Shown: positions 37,132 to 48,285, counted from the first letter of the stretch. The stretch is 64,000 nucleotides of DNA from an uncultured Clostridia bacterium (GCA_934771475.1 CAKVMD010000002.1:29883-93882), one strand, 5' to 3'. Program-made: numbers and translations. Notes: generated by a model not told the origin, from the letters alone.

Positions 37132-39231
37132 CTACTGCTCAGCATTTTCTTCTTGTGGTCTTTCAACCTTATAATCACAAGCATTATTAGAGCATTTTAT
37201 AATCTTGCCTTTCTTCACAAGGTAGGCATTACATTTTGGGCATTTTTCGCCCGTTGGAATATCCCAACTTGCAAACTGGCAATCTGGGTATCTTTGGCAA
37301 GAGTAGAAAATTTTACCCTTTCTAGTTTTCTTCTCAACCATTTCAGAGCCACACTCTGGACATTTCCCAACGCTTTTCTTTTCAGTTTCAATAGGTCTTG
37401 TATTTTTACATTTTGGGAAATTTGAGCAAGCCAAAAACTCGCCAAATCTGCCTGTTCTTATAAGCATTTTCCCACCGCATTTTTCACAAACAATATCTGT
37501 TTCTTTTGGTGGTTCTCTTAGGCTTACACTGCTTTCCCCCGCTCTTACTAGCAATTTTTCAAAACCGTTCCAAAAGTTGTTTACAACATCATGCCAGTTT
37601 TCGTCCTTTGAAGCGATGTCATCAAGACGGCTTTCCATGTAGGCTGTAAACTTGACATTGATGACTGATGAGAAAAATTGGTCAAGGTATTCAGTGATTT
37701 TTTCGCCAAGTTCGGTAGGGATAAAATATTTTTTATCTTTTTCAACATAATGTCGGCTTGTAAGCACGAAAATTGTGGCGGCGTAGGTTGCAGGTCGACC
37801 AATTCCTTTCTCTTCCATTGCTTTAACGATTGAAGCGTCTGTGTACCTAACGGGAGGTTTAGTAAACTTCTGCTCTGGTATTATCTTATTGACTTTAAGA
37901 AGTTCCCCTTCTTCCATCTTTGGAAGTTTTCCGTCCATATTTTCGCTTTTTTCATCTTCAACAAAATCTTTATAAACTGCGGTATAGCCCGGAAATTCCA
38001 TTGTTTTTCCGTTTGCTCTAAAACCATAATCTCCGCAGGTGAAGTTTGCTGTTACAGATGCATACTCCGCCTCGTTCATTTGGCTGGCCAAAAATCTCTC
38101 ATAAATAAGTTTATAAAGTTTATAGTTTTCGTTTGTCAAAGTTTCCTTTGCCATTGCAGGCGTAATATCCATAGTAATAGGACGGATAGCCTCGTGCGCA
38201 TCTTGTGCAGACTCTTTTGTGTGGTAAATATTCGGTTTTTCTGGGACAAAGTCGGCGCCATATTTATTTTTAATAAATTCAAGGCAAGCTGATTGAGCGT
38301 CAGTGGAAACACGGACAGAGTCAGTTCTTATGTAAGTAATCAGCGCAATCTTGCCCTCACCTTTTACTTCAACACCTTCGTAAAGTTGTTGTGCCGAAGA
38401 CATGGTTTTCGCACTTGTAAAACCAAGTTTATTTGATGCATCTTGTTGCATTGTACTTGTTGTAAATGGCGCTGGGGCATGAGATTTTGTCTTTGCTTTT
38501 TTGATTTCTTTCACAAGGAAATCTTTTCCGTTTATGTTTTCAAGAAGTGCGTCAACCTCTTCTTTCTTTACTGGAACAAATTTCTTGCCTTTGCGTTGAA
38601 CAAGGCTTGCTTTAACTTCTTGACTATCCTTTTGAAGCAAGGCTTGAACAGTCCAGTACTCTTCTGGCACGAAATTTTTAATTTCTTTTTCTCTGTCAAC
38701 GATAAGTTTTAATGCAACCGACTGCACTCTTCCCGCAGAAAGTTTTGGCGCAATTTTTTTGCATAAAACTGGGCTGAGTTTATAGCCCACCATTCTGTCA
38801 AGCACTCTTCGCGCTTGCTGAGCATTGACAAGTTTTAAATCTATCTTCCTTGGGTTTTCAAGTGCTTTTGAAACCGCCTTTTTTGAAATTTCATTGAATT
38901 GAATACGACAAGGATTGTCAGCATTATATCCAAGTATGTTTGCCACATGCCAACCTATTGCCTCCCCTTCGCGGTCGGGGTCGGTTGCGATGTAAACTTT
39001 TTCAGCTTGGTTTGCTTTCTTTTTAAGTTCGCTTATAAGGGCTTTTTTCTCAGGGACAATTTCATATTTTGGTTCAAAGTTATTTTTGCTGTCAAGCCCA
39101 AAACTCTTTTGTGGCAAGTCGCGAATATGCCCTTTTGTGGCAAAAACTTCATAGCCATCGCCTAGATATTTTTTTAAAGCCTCTCGTTTTGCGGGGGACT
39201 CGATGATAACAAGTTTCAATTTAGCCTCCAT
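37132..39231 (-). CDS. topA: DNA topoisomerase I
   Basis: Toprim N-terminus (IIESPAKR), the active-site Tyr region, and three C-terminal Zn-ribbon CxxC pairs. Confidence 0.96.
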   Translation of the reverse strand: MEAKLKLVIIESPAKREALKKYLGDGYEVFATKGHIRDLPQKSFGLDSKNNFEPKYEIVPEKKALISELKKKANQAEKVYIATDPDREGEAIGWHVANILGYNADNPCRIQFNEISKKAVSKALENPRKIDLKLVNAQQARRVLDRMVGYKLSPVLCKKIAPKLSAGRVQSVALKLIVDREKEIKNFVPEEYWTVQALLQKDSQEVKASLVQRKGKKFVPVKKEEVDALLENINGKDFLVKEIKKAKTKSHAPAPFTTSTMQQDASNKLGFTSAKTMSSAQQLYEGVEVKGEGKIALITYIRTDSVRVSTDAQSACLEFIKNKYGADFVPEKPNIYHTKESAQDAHEAIRPITMDITPAMAKETLTNENYKLYKLIYERFLASQMNEAEYASVTANFTCGDYGFRANGKTMEFPGYTAVYKDFVEDEKSENMDGKLPKMEEGELLKVNKIIPEQKFTKPPVRYTDASIVKAMEEKGIGRPATYAATIFVLTSRHYVEKDKKYFIPTELGEKITEYLDQFFSSVINVKFTAYMESRLDDIASKDENWHDVVNNFWNGFEKLLVRAGESSVSLREPPKETDIVCEKCGGKMLIRTGRFGEFLACSNFPKCKNTRPIETEKKSVGKCPECGSEMVEKKTRKGKIFYSCQRYPDCQFASWDIPTGEKCPKCNAYLVKKGKIIKCSNNACDYKVERPQEENAEQ

Positions 39232-39234
39232 TTG

Positions 39235-40305
39235 TCAGTCCAGTGAAATAAATCCACCTGGCATTCTTCTTATTAAACCACGAATTTCCAAAGTTGTCAA
39301 ACAACTATTGAGTAAATTTGTAGATAAATCACAATTTTTTGCCAAAAAGTCGGCTTCTTTCATCCCGTCTTCTAAAAGTGAGATGATTTTTTGCTCGTCA
39401 AGCGACAACTGCAAAACCTGTTTTGGCTTTTCACTTGCAAGATGAAAATCATCCAAAATGTCTTTGGCTTCTGTTACAAGTGCGCCTTGTCCAGTTTTTA
39501 TGATTTCATTGGTAAGTGCCGACAGTTCGCTGTCGATGTTCCCGGGAACTGCATATAAATTTTTGCCATATTCAAGGGCAAAATCTCTTGTGTGCAATGT
39601 CCCACTACCATAACTTGCCTCTGTTATTAAAACGCCATCACTTAACCCTGCGATAATTCGGTTACGCTGAGGAAAAGTGAATTTTGTGGCTCTATGGCAA
39701 GGAGAATATTCACTAACAAGAAGCCCTTTCTCAGCAATCTCTCTCGCCAAATCTTCGTGTTGAGGTGGGTAAATTTCGTGAAGTCCCCCGCCAAGCACTG
39801 CAATGGTTTTTCCTCCAACCTCCAAACATTTGCGGTGAGCAATGCTGTCAACTCCATAAGCAAGCCCGCTTATAATAGTAACTCCCGCACTTGCCACATC
39901 ACGGACGAACCTTTCAGTAACAATTCTTCCATAAGGGCTTGGCTTTCTCGAACCAACAACAGCAAGTCCACCTTTTTCAAGCAAGGATATATCACCCTTA
40001 CAAAACAAGAAGAAAGGTGCGTCATCTAGCCCCAGAAGACGACTAGGATAACGCTTATCCAATTTGTTTATAAGAATTATTCCCTCGTTTTCCATGTTGC
40101 GCAAAAAGTTTTCAACTCTATTTTCATCTGCTCGCTCACACATTTTGTCAAAAGCGAGTTTCGTGAGCACCTTTTCATCGAATTTTGCTTTACAAAAAGC
40201 TTTTATGGAAAGGTTATCCCCCATAAAGTTTAAAATTTGATTTATTTTGCTCACTGACAAGTCAAATTGAGCCAAAAATGTTAAAAATTTTTCTTTTTCT
40301 GTCAT
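39235..40305 (-). CDS. dprA: DNA-processing protein DprA
   Basis: GLAYGVDSIAHR and the Rossmann-like DprA core; C-terminal winged-helix-like tail. Confidence 0.92.
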   Translation of the reverse strand: MTEKEKFLTFLAQFDLSVSKINQILNFMGDNLSIKAFCKAKFDEKVLTKLAFDKMCERADENRVENFLRNMENEGIILINKLDKRYPSRLLGLDDAPFFLFCKGDISLLEKGGLAVVGSRKPSPYGRIVTERFVRDVASAGVTIISGLAYGVDSIAHRKCLEVGGKTIAVLGGGLHEIYPPQHEDLAREIAEKGLLVSEYSPCHRATKFTFPQRNRIIAGLSDGVLITEASYGSGTLHTRDFALEYGKNLYAVPGNIDSELSALTNEIIKTGQGALVTEAKDILDDFHLASEKPKQVLQLSLDEQKIISLLEDGMKEADFLAKNCDLSTNLLNSCLTTLEIRGLIRRMPGGFISLD

Positions 40306-40313
40306 TAATTCTC

Positions 40314-41846
40314 CTAAGACCAGTATTTTCTATCCATAGAACGATAAGAAATTGCTTCGGCGATATGCTCTGGGCAGATCTTCTCACTCCCAGCTAGGTC
40401 AGCAATAGTTCTTGCCACTTTTAAAATTCTGTCATGCGCTCTTGCGGACAATTTAAGTTTTTCAAATGCAGTTCTCAGCAATAGTTCCCCGCTTTCATTA
40501 AGTCGGCAATATTTTTTCACCATTGCAACATTCATTTTTGCGTTGCAATAAATTTTGTCGTTTTTAAACCTTTCAAGTTGTATCCTTCTCGCCTTGTCAA
40601 CCCTCTTTTTAATCTCGGCTGAACTTTCTTCTTGCTCTTCACTTTTTAGTTGTGCATAAGTAACATTGTCAACTTCAATATGAATATCAATTCTATCCAT
40701 TATAGGTCCAGAGAGTTTTGAAAGATATTTTGCAATCTGTCCTGCACTGCAACGACATTCTCTGTCTTTTGAACCATAATTTCCACATGGGCAAGGGTTC
40801 ATGCTCGCAATCAAAGTAAAATTTGCTGGATATGTAAATGTTGCGTTGCTTCTTGCAACTGTGATAACCCCATCTTCAAGAGGCTGGCGAAGAGTCTCAA
40901 TGCTTTGGCGACTATACTCTGGAAATTCGTCAAGAAACAAAACACCATGGTCAGCTAAACTTATTTCACCCGGCTTAGCATTTGTTCCGCCACCCGTCAA
41001 ACTCACCGTGCTGGCTGTATGGTGAGGACTTCTAAATGGTCTTTCGCTAACGATGCCTTGTTTGAGGTCAAGTTCACCCGCGATTGAATGAATTTTAGTA
41101 ACCTCTAACGCTTCTTCAAATGTCATGTCAGGCAAAATTGAAGGAAAACATTTAGCCAGCATACTCTTTCCGCTTCCGGGAGGTCCAATCATAAGCAAAT
41201 TATGTCCGCCCGCAGCCGCGATTTCAAGCGCACGCTTGCCGACTGCCTGTCCTTTAACATTGCAAAAATCCATACCGCGCGTTTTATCTCGCGCAATTTC
41301 GTCAAACTTGACAATTTGTGTAGGAGAAAGAGAAATCTCACCTTTTAAAAACTTAACAGTTTCAATAAGGCTGTCAACTCCGTAGACTTCAATGCCATCA
41401 ATAAATCCCGCTTCCAAACAATTTTCCTTTGGCACAATAAATTTTTTGTAACCAAGTTTTCTTGCTGAAATAAGAAGAGGCAAAACCCCTTTTACCCTTC
41501 TCACGCTTCCATCAAAAGAAAGTTCGCCCAAAAAAATATATTCTTTTTCATTGCAAATTTTATTTGCTTCATCACACGATAAGATTGCAACCGCTATTGC
41601 AAGGTCGTAAAGAGACCCCTCTTTTTTAATATCAGCAGGCGCAAGATTGATTGTTATTCGCTTGCTAGGATAATCAAATGCCGAATTTTTAATAGCCGAG
41701 CGTACGCGCTCCTTAGCCTCTTTAATTGCTGTATCACCCAGCCCCACGATTTCAAAATGAGGAAGGCCATTGCTTACATCAGTTTCAACATCAACTTTAT
41801 ACCCTTCTATGCCTTTCAGCCCCAAACTCAAAACCTTTGAAAGCAT
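40314..41846 (-). CDS. comM: YifB/ComM-family Mg-chelatase-like ATPase
   Basis: Lon-like N-domain, Walker A GPPGSGKSML, Cys cluster CPCGNYGS...CRC. Confidence 0.92.
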   Translation of the reverse strand: MLSKVLSLGLKGIEGYKVDVETDVSNGLPHFEIVGLGDTAIKEAKERVRSAIKNSAFDYPSKRITINLAPADIKKEGSLYDLAIAVAILSCDEANKICNEKEYIFLGELSFDGSVRRVKGVLPLLISARKLGYKKFIVPKENCLEAGFIDGIEVYGVDSLIETVKFLKGEISLSPTQIVKFDEIARDKTRGMDFCNVKGQAVGKRALEIAAAGGHNLLMIGPPGSGKSMLAKCFPSILPDMTFEEALEVTKIHSIAGELDLKQGIVSERPFRSPHHTASTVSLTGGGTNAKPGEISLADHGVLFLDEFPEYSRQSIETLRQPLEDGVITVARSNATFTYPANFTLIASMNPCPCGNYGSKDRECRCSAGQIAKYLSKLSGPIMDRIDIHIEVDNVTYAQLKSEEQEESSAEIKKRVDKARRIQLERFKNDKIYCNAKMNVAMVKKYCRLNESGELLLRTAFEKLKLSARAHDRILKVARTIADLAGSEKICPEHIAEAISYRSMDRKYWS

Positions 41847-41909
41847 AATTCCTCCTTTGTTACCTTTTAATTATACATATTTAAAAATTTTTTCCAAACT
41901 TTTTAAGCC

Positions 41910-42566
41910 TCAAATTTTAAGTTGCCTTATTTGCGACTTTTGTTCGCCAGTTAGCCTAAATGACTCACACGCTTTTTGAATAGATTTGTTTCTGACAAAC
42001 TTATCATCAATGGTTTTGATAAACTCTTTCATGAAATCATAATTTATGATAAATGCCTCACTGTAACACCAAGCAATCGCCATTTTAACATAATAGTGGT
42101 CATTTACTGCATCTTTTAAAAGTTTAACAACATTTTCCGCATCGTAAGGCAAGTCATATTTCATAAGAAAGACGATGCCAGTGCGACTGATAAACTCTTT
42201 ATCACTTTTAAGTAGACTTTTAAAATACTCCTTTTCGCTCTCCATTCCTTTGAGGCGTGGGACAATAGAATCTACAACCGCCCAGTTGTCAAAATAAGGA
42301 AATATTTGCTCTAAAAGCGCAATTTTCTCTTTTGCTAAGCAATTTTTGTATCCTATCATCATGCCTGCAAGGATAATTTCTTCATGACAAGCGAAACTGA
42401 AATCATTTAGCCCCACCCCTTCTTTGGCAAGAGCCCTAGAAAACTTATCAAGGTCGCAAGTTTTAATTCCCAAAACAGGCAACGAAGATTTTACAATCTT
42501 GCTATCAAACTCCGCTTTTTCTTTACTTGAATGACTAGCCAAAAATTCTTTAATATCCTGTATCAT
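41910..42566 (-). CDS. DNA alkylation repair (AlkD-like HEAT-repeat) protein
   Basis: All-helical, about 220 aa, with the ...YVKMAIAWCYSEAF... pattern I associate with this family. Confidence 0.6.
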   Translation of the reverse strand: MIQDIKEFLASHSSKEKAEFDSKIVKSSLPVLGIKTCDLDKFSRALAKEGVGLNDFSFACHEEIILAGMMIGYKNCLAKEKIALLEQIFPYFDNWAVVDSIVPRLKGMESEKEYFKSLLKSDKEFISRTGIVFLMKYDLPYDAENVVKLLKDAVNDHYYVKMAIAWCYSEAFIINYDFMKEFIKTIDDKFVRNKSIQKACESFRLTGEQKSQIRQLKI

Positions 42567-42667
42567 GTTTACCTCAGTTTAATTATAGTTTTTTATCCTT
42601 GCAATTTCAAATAAATTTTTAATAAACTTAACAATAAAAAAGAGGGCTTATGCCCTCCCTTTAATAC

Positions 42668-43018
42668 TTATTTGTTGTCTGCTGACTTAATCTTAGCAGC
42701 CTTACCAGTAAGTTCTCTTACATAGTAAAGTTTTGCTCTTCTTGGCTTACCTTTTCTTACAACTTCAACACTTGTTACAAGTGGAGAGTGAAGAGGGAAA
42801 GTTCTTTCAACGCCAACACCATTTGAGATTTTTCTAACAGTGAAAGTTTCTCTAACTCCGCCATTTTTTCTTGCGATAACAACGCCTTCGAAATTTTGGA
42901 TTCTTGACTTGTCTCCTTCCTTAATTTGAACGCCAACTTTAACAGTGTCGCCAATATTGAATTCAGGGAGAGTTTCTTTCATGTTTTCTTTCTCGATTTG
43001 GTCAATAATATTACTCAT
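42668..43018 (-). CDS. rplS: 50S ribosomal protein L19
   Basis: [35 protein letters not shown]... is a typical L19 sequence. Confidence 0.96.
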   Translation of the reverse strand: MSNIIDQIEKENMKETLPEFNIGDTVKVGVQIKEGDKSRIQNFEGVVIARKNGGVRETFTVRKISNGVGVERTFPLHSPLVTSVEVVRKGKPRRAKLYYVRELTGKAAKIKSADNK

Positions 43019-43065
43019 CGTCTTTCTCCTTTTATATATTTGTGCAGATGCACAGGTGTGAGATT

Positions 43066-43248
43066 TTAGCCTCTCTTTCTTGCTCTCTTACGAGCGGCTT
43101 CTCTTTTCTTCTTTTTAGCAACGCTTGGCTTATCATAGGCTTCTTTTCTTCTAATATCGCCAATGATACCGTCTTTTTGGCATTTTCTCTTAAATCTTTT
43201 AAGAGCGCTTTCAAGAGTTTCATTTTCGCCTACTTTAACAGTTGTCAA
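43066..43248 (-). CDS. rpsU: 30S ribosomal protein S21
   Basis: [22 protein letters not shown]...EAYDKPS... is a typical S21 sequence. Confidence 0.95.
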   Translation of the reverse strand: MTTVKVGENETLESALKRFKRKCQKDGIIGDIRRKEAYDKPSVAKKKKREAARKRARKRG

Positions 43249-43361
43249 ATCTTCTCACCACCTTCTAATTCAATAGTCCTATTAAATATATCATCTTAAA
43301 AGGGCTTTGTCAAGCAAAAACCCAAAATTTAATTTATTTTTAAGGCTTTTTGCCAGTAAAA

Positions 43362-44651
43362 TCAAAGCGATTTCTTCTTTTTCACAAGTTTTGCAATGGC
43401 TCCATCTTTAAAAGGTCTTTTAATTTTGACATAAGCGATTTTATCAGTCAAATCTTCTTTTGATTTAACATAACACCTTATGTAGTTTCGCGTGTAGCCA
43501 GTGTAAAGCCCGTCTTCGACCTCTTCAAAAAGCACTTCTTCCAATTTATTTTTCTTTATGAAACTTTCTTTAAGTGATTTACTCAGGGCGTTTAGTTTAC
43601 TGCAACGCTCATCTTTAATCTTTCCGTTTAAGTCCTTATAAAGTTTGCTCGCAATCGTGCCTTCTCTGACAGAATATGGGAAAATGTGAAGTTGCGAAAA
43701 GCCCACCTTTTTGCAAAATTCATAAGTTTCATTAAATTCCTTTTCGCTCTCCCCTGCAAATCCTACGATAACATCAGTGGTTATGCCGGCAAGAGGAAAG
43801 TACTTGCGAATAAGCGAAACGGAAGAAGCAAACTCTTCGGCTGTATAATGTCTATTCATGCGCTTTAAAACCGTGTTACTTCCACTTTGCAGAGAAAGGT
43901 GAAAATGTGGACAAAAGTTTTCAAGGCTAGAAAGCCCTTTTAAAAACTCTTCATCGACAAGGGTGTCCTCCATTGAAGATAGCCTTATTCTTTTGCCGAG
44001 TTTATCAAGTTCTTGCAGTAGCGTCAAAAGTCCCTTTACGCCATCTATTTTATAGTCGGTTACATTTATTCCTGTAAGCACAATTTCTTTGATTGAGTCA
44101 TCAAGCGCGCCCGCTTCGGTGAGTATTGAAAATATGCCTCTTGACCTAGAACGCCCCCTCAAATATGGGATAATGCAATAAGAACAAAAGTTATCACATC
44201 CGTCTTGAATTTTTATGTAAGCACGCGTGCGCGACTGCATGGCGGTCAAATCGTCCTCATATTCCTTTGGAAGAGAGGCTAGTTTTTTGCGTGCACGCAA
44301 AACTTTCTTATCCCCAGATGCAAGTTTGTCAATATATTCACTTATTTTTATTTTGCCTGCTGTACCTAAAACAAGGTCAACATTTTTTTCTTCAAATTGC
44401 GCTTTATTATGCTCGCTTGCGCAACCACAAATAAAAATCTTGGCATTTTTGTTAAATTTTTTGCACCTTGCTATCATTTGGCGTGATTTTTTCTCTGCTT
44501 CGCCCGTAACCGCACAAGTGTTGATAACATAAACATCAGCTCGCTCTAATGCGTCCGTTACCTCATAGCCTTTAAGTTTTAAATTATATAGAAGTGCATC
44601 GCTTTCATACTTGTTAACTTTGCACCCTAATGTCATTACGCAAATCTTCAT
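43362..44651 (-). CDS. mtaB: radical-SAM methylthiotransferase, MtaB-like
   Basis: N-terminal UPF0004 Cys triad, CDNFCSYC radical-SAM motif, TRAM-like C-terminus. Located upstream of rpsU, as in Bacillus yqeV. Confidence 0.85.
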   Translation of the reverse strand: MKICVMTLGCKVNKYESDALLYNLKLKGYEVTDALERADVYVINTCAVTGEAEKKSRQMIARCKKFNKNAKIFICGCASEHNKAQFEEKNVDLVLGTAGKIKISEYIDKLASGDKKVLRARKKLASLPKEYEDDLTAMQSRTRAYIKIQDGCDNFCSYCIIPYLRGRSRSRGIFSILTEAGALDDSIKEIVLTGINVTDYKIDGVKGLLTLLQELDKLGKRIRLSSMEDTLVDEEFLKGLSSLENFCPHFHLSLQSGSNTVLKRMNRHYTAEEFASSVSLIRKYFPLAGITTDVIVGFAGESEKEFNETYEFCKKVGFSQLHIFPYSVREGTIASKLYKDLNGKIKDERCSKLNALSKSLKESFIKKNKLEEVLFEEVEDGLYTGYTRNYIRCYVKSKEDLTDKIAYVKIKRPFKDGAIAKLVKKKKSL

Positions 44652-44691
44652 AACGATTTTATTTTAGCATTTCCACCGCAATAAATCAACT

Positions 44692-45420
44692 TTATTGGCG
44701 AAATTTGTCTTTCGTTCTAAATTCATTTTTGTTTTTGCGATAGATAGTAAAACCGTCCTTATCATCATAAGTGGCAAGCAAGATTTGTTTTATATCCTTT
44801 TTATTTTCAATTTTTAGTTTTTTGAATAGCCAATCTTTGTCTTTACCTATTTCATTAAGCCCCGACTTAGATATTCTTCCATCTGCGATGAGAACATTTT
44901 TAAGTTCGGGCTTCTTGACGATTTCCATACTTATATCTTCTGCCACCACTGGTCTATAATTCCCCTTTGGCAAAACCGAAAGTTTCCCACTTGGCTCAAA
45001 TAGCGCGTAGGATACCTCTGTTATGTCAAAAAATCCCTTTTCACGCAACATACTCAAAAGGTCATTAATATCAATCTTGCATTTCACAAGTTCTTTATAG
45101 TCAATCTCCCCCTCGTAAATTAGCACGCTTGGTTTGCCTTTCAAAATTCTCTTAAAAAATGTGTTTTTTCTGCCAATAAGTGCAACTGCAAGGGCTAGCA
45201 AGAAAAATATCGTCATAGCAATAAGCGCATGATAGAAAGGGGCCTCGGTTTCGACTGACATATCCGCAGCAATCGACCCTAGACTTATGCCCACCACATA
45301 ATCTATAAATTCAAGTTGAGCAATTTGCTTTTTGCCGAGAAGTTTTGAAATTATAAAAAGGTAGATAAACGAAACAAAGGAGTTTATGATAACCCAGTAT
45401 ATATCTTTAAGTCCAAACAT
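44692..45420 (-). CDS. DUF421 (YetF-like) membrane protein
   Basis: N-terminal transmembrane helices with GKKQIAQLEFIDYVVGISLGSIAA, plus a soluble C-terminal domain. Confidence 0.72.
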   Translation of the reverse strand: MFGLKDIYWVIINSFVSFIYLFIISKLLGKKQIAQLEFIDYVVGISLGSIAADMSVETEAPFYHALIAMTIFFLLALAVALIGRKNTFFKRILKGKPSVLIYEGEIDYKELVKCKIDINDLLSMLREKGFFDITEVSYALFEPSGKLSVLPKGNYRPVVAEDISMEIVKKPELKNVLIADGRISKSGLNEIGKDKDWLFKKLKIENKKDIKQILLATYDDKDGFTIYRKNKNEFRTKDKFRQ

Positions 45421-45470
45421 TTTTACCCCTAAGTTTTATTTCCAAAAAAGGGGCTTTCAAACCCCTTATT

Positions 45471-46322
45471 TTACTGCGCATCATAAGTATCTAAAAAATG
45501 ATGCTTTCCATTTTTGTCTTTATATGCAATTATTGTGTCAAGGCAAACATTTTCAACGCTTTTAAAAATATTCCCCTCTATGCACTCATCCTTTTCCTTC
45601 ATGGCTTTTATAAGAGCCTTGGTTTCAGCGCGCTTTGAAGTATGCTGACTTTCTCCGCTCTCCACCTCTTCTGTAAAACGACAGGCACATTGCAGAAAAT
45701 CAAGTCCATTATAATCTCGCCAATGCAAAATATCTTTTTCTCGAACGAGATAAAGTGGTCGAATTAGTTCCATTCCTTCAAAGTTTTTGCTGTGAAGTTT
45801 GGGCATCATTGTCTGGATTTGACCGCTATAAAGCATACCCATAAGTATGGTTTCAATCACATCGTCATAGTGGTGCCCAAGGGCAATTTTATTGCATCCT
45901 AGTTTTCGCGCCTCATTATACAAATACCCTCTTCGCATTCTTGCACAAATGTAACAAGGAGACTTTTCAATATTATGCACATTTTCAAAGATGTTTGTTT
46001 CAAAAATTGTAAGCGGAATGTTTAAGATTTTGGCGTTTTCTTCAATTTTTTGCCTGTTTCTTAGCGCATATCCGGGGTCCATACAAAGAAAAACCACTTC
46101 AAAAGGAAATTTTTTGTGTCTTTTCAGTTCTTGAAAAAGTTTGGCAAGCAGAAAAGAGTCTTTCCCGCCAGAAATACAGACGGCTACCTTGTCGCCCTCT
46201 TTAAGTAAATCATATTTATTCAAAGCCTCAGTAAATCGAGAAAAAATCTCTTTGTGGAACTTTTTTCTAATGCTTATTTCAACCTCTTCGGCTTTTGTCA
46301 AAACTTTTTCTTCTTTATCCAT
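45471..46322 (-). CDS. ttcA: PP-loop ATPase, TtcA-like tRNA thiolation enzyme
   Basis: PP-loop CISGGKDS and CYICARMRR Cys motif. Confidence 0.8.
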   Translation of the reverse strand: MDKEEKVLTKAEEVEISIRKKFHKEIFSRFTEALNKYDLLKEGDKVAVCISGGKDSFLLAKLFQELKRHKKFPFEVVFLCMDPGYALRNRQKIEENAKILNIPLTIFETNIFENVHNIEKSPCYICARMRRGYLYNEARKLGCNKIALGHHYDDVIETILMGMLYSGQIQTMMPKLHSKNFEGMELIRPLYLVREKDILHWRDYNGLDFLQCACRFTEEVESGESQHTSKRAETKALIKAMKEKDECIEGNIFKSVENVCLDTIIAYKDKNGKHHFLDTYDAQ

Positions 46323-46511
46323 TAAAATGTCCTTTTTACCGATTTATTTTAGCATAAAACCCTTTAATTTCAATAATTTTTATTAAAAAAGTTGATATTT
46401 TTTGATTTTTCAATATTTTTAAGCGTGGCAGTTGAATAATTTTTCCTTTTCAAAACAACTTTTTTACACTTTTTAAATGCCTATATTCATAAAAACAATA
46501 TGGAGGTATTT

Positions 46512-47414
46512 ATGAAAATTAAAGCAGGCGTTGTCGGCTACGGAAACCTAGGCAAAGCAGTTGAAAGAGAACTTTTATTGTCCCCTGATTATCAGCTCGT
46601 TCAAACTTTTTCAAGACGCGATATTCCGCACACTTTGCCATATAGAAAATTAAGAGAATATGAGGGCGAAATAGACCTTCTCTTCTTGTGCGGAGGAAGC
46701 CAAAATGAACTTGAAGAGCAGGCTCTTTCCCTTCTTCCACATTTTTCAATAGCAGAAAGTTATGACAATCATGCAAGGCTTAAAACATTTCACGACAAGA
46801 TTGATAAGGTGGCAAAAGATAATGGCAAAATCGCCCTTTCTTCTCTTGGATGGGACCCCGGACTTTTTAGTTATATGCGTGCTTTGTTTACAAGCCTTGG
46901 ACTAAATCCATACACATTTTGGGGACCTGGTTTAAGTCAAGGCCACACGCAAGCAATCAAAAATATTAAAGGTGTTAAGGACGGATTGCAGTTTACTGCT
47001 CCTTTGCCAGAAGGAGAACAAAAAGCATTTAGAGGAGAAATCCTTGACCCTCACCAAATGCATAAAAGAATATGTTATGTGGTGGCAGACCCAGAAGATT
47101 ATGTGCGAATTGAAGAAGAAATTAAAACCATGCCAGACTATTTTGTTGGCTATCCAACTGAGGTACATTTTGTTAAGCAAGAGACTCTTGACAAACTTAA
47201 AAGTTTTGCTCATCGCGGAAAAGTTACGACGAAAAACGGAATGATGAATTTTTCGCTAGAACTTCCTTCAAATCCAGAGTTTACTGCCAAAGTTTTAACA
47301 ACATTTGCTAAAAATTATTTGCCACTTAAAGAACATGAGGCTTATGGCGCGTACACAATCATGGACTTACCGCTCAAAAACATTTTAAACGAAGACGAAT
47401 TTGAATATTTGTAG
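46512..47414 (+). CDS. ddh: meso-diaminopimelate D-dehydrogenase (start at MKIKAGVVGYGN)
   Basis: GYGNLGKA NADP motif and GWDPGLFS motif. GGAGG RBS 5 nt upstream of ATG 46512. Confidence 0.85.
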   Translation: MKIKAGVVGYGNLGKAVERELLLSPDYQLVQTFSRRDIPHTLPYRKLREYEGEIDLLFLCGGSQNELEEQALSLLPHFSIAESYDNHARLKTFHDKIDKVAKDNGKIALSSLGWDPGLFSYMRALFTSLGLNPYTFWGPGLSQGHTQAIKNIKGVKDGLQFTAPLPEGEQKAFRGEILDPHQMHKRICYVVADPEDYVRIEEEIKTMPDYFVGYPTEVHFVKQETLDKLKSFAHRGKVTTKNGMMNFSLELPSNPEFTAKVLTTFAKNYLPLKEHEAYGAYTIMDLPLKNILNEDEFEYL

Positions 47415-47422
47415 GAGTTAAT

Positions 47423-48046
47423 ATGAAAATTATATTAATCGGCTCTTGCGGGAAAATGGGGCAAGAAGTCAAAAAAAATCTAGAACCGGGAGATAAAATT
47501 GTCGCGGAAGTAGACCAAAACAAACCACTTACAAAGCGAAATCTGCACGCAGATGTCATTATTGACTTTTCTTCCGCCAGCGATAGGAGCAGATATTTTG
47601 ATTATGCAAAAAAGTGGGGTGTTCCATACGCCTGCTTTGCGACTGGGCTAACAGAAAATGACGAAAAAGGACTTGACGCTCTTGCGAGCGAGGTCAAGGT
47701 TTTAAAATGCAAAAATGCAAGTAAAGGTGTAAACTTACTTTACGACCTTACAGCCCTTGCCTGTAAAGAGCTTCAAGGAGCAGATGTTGTACTGACAGAA
47801 ATTCATCACAAAGCAAAGAAGGACTCTCCAAGTGGCACCGCAAAAGAACTTGAAAAAATTTTGACTGAATATGGCGTCAACTACGAAACCGTCTGCCATA
47901 GGGTTGGCAACGAAAAAGGCTATCATGAACTCAAATTCTACCTTGGCGATGAAGTGGTAGTGCTTTCTCACCATGCATTTTCGCGTTCCATTTTTGCAAA
48001 AGGCGCACTTGAAAAAGCACGAAAACTTGTAGAAAGTGAGTTTTAA
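47423..48046 (+). CDS. dapB: 4-hydroxy-tetrahydrodipicolinate reductase (short form)
   Basis: GSCGKMG NAD(P) motif and the EIHHKAKKDSPSGTA signature. Confidence 0.85.
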   Translation: MKIILIGSCGKMGQEVKKNLEPGDKIVAEVDQNKPLTKRNLHADVIIDFSSASDRSRYFDYAKKWGVPYACFATGLTENDEKGLDALASEVKVLKCKNASKGVNLLYDLTALACKELQGADVVLTEIHHKAKKDSPSGTAKELEKILTEYGVNYETVCHRVGNEKGYHELKFYLGDEVVVLSHHAFSRSIFAKGALEKARKLVESEF

Positions 48047-48243
48047 ATCTATTTATAAATTCAAATCTTAGTAAATTTTAATGATTAAAAGAAATATTAT
48101 TCTATCAAATACTATATTTCTTTCGAATATTTAAAAAAACATTAAAATATTGCTATATTTTCATATAACGATCTCATTATTCTTAAATTTTTTGAATCTT
48201 GCCCCAAGCAAAACCTATTTCGTTTGTGTTTTTCTGATGTGTC

Positions 48244-48285
48244 AAAAAAGAAAATTCACCAAATCTTTGGTGAATTTTCTTTTTA
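48244..48285. terminator. strong bidirectional intrinsic terminator
   Basis: 15-bp stem AGAAAATTCACCAAA/TTTGGTGAATTTTCT, flanked by an A-run and a T-run, between convergent dapB and the LRR gene. Confidence 0.8.

Noticed and set aside
46323-46511. Looked for a lysine (L-box) riboswitch upstream of ddh-dapB.
   Set aside because: The spacer is AT-rich with no conserved L-box helices or motifs. It is probably just divergent promoters.
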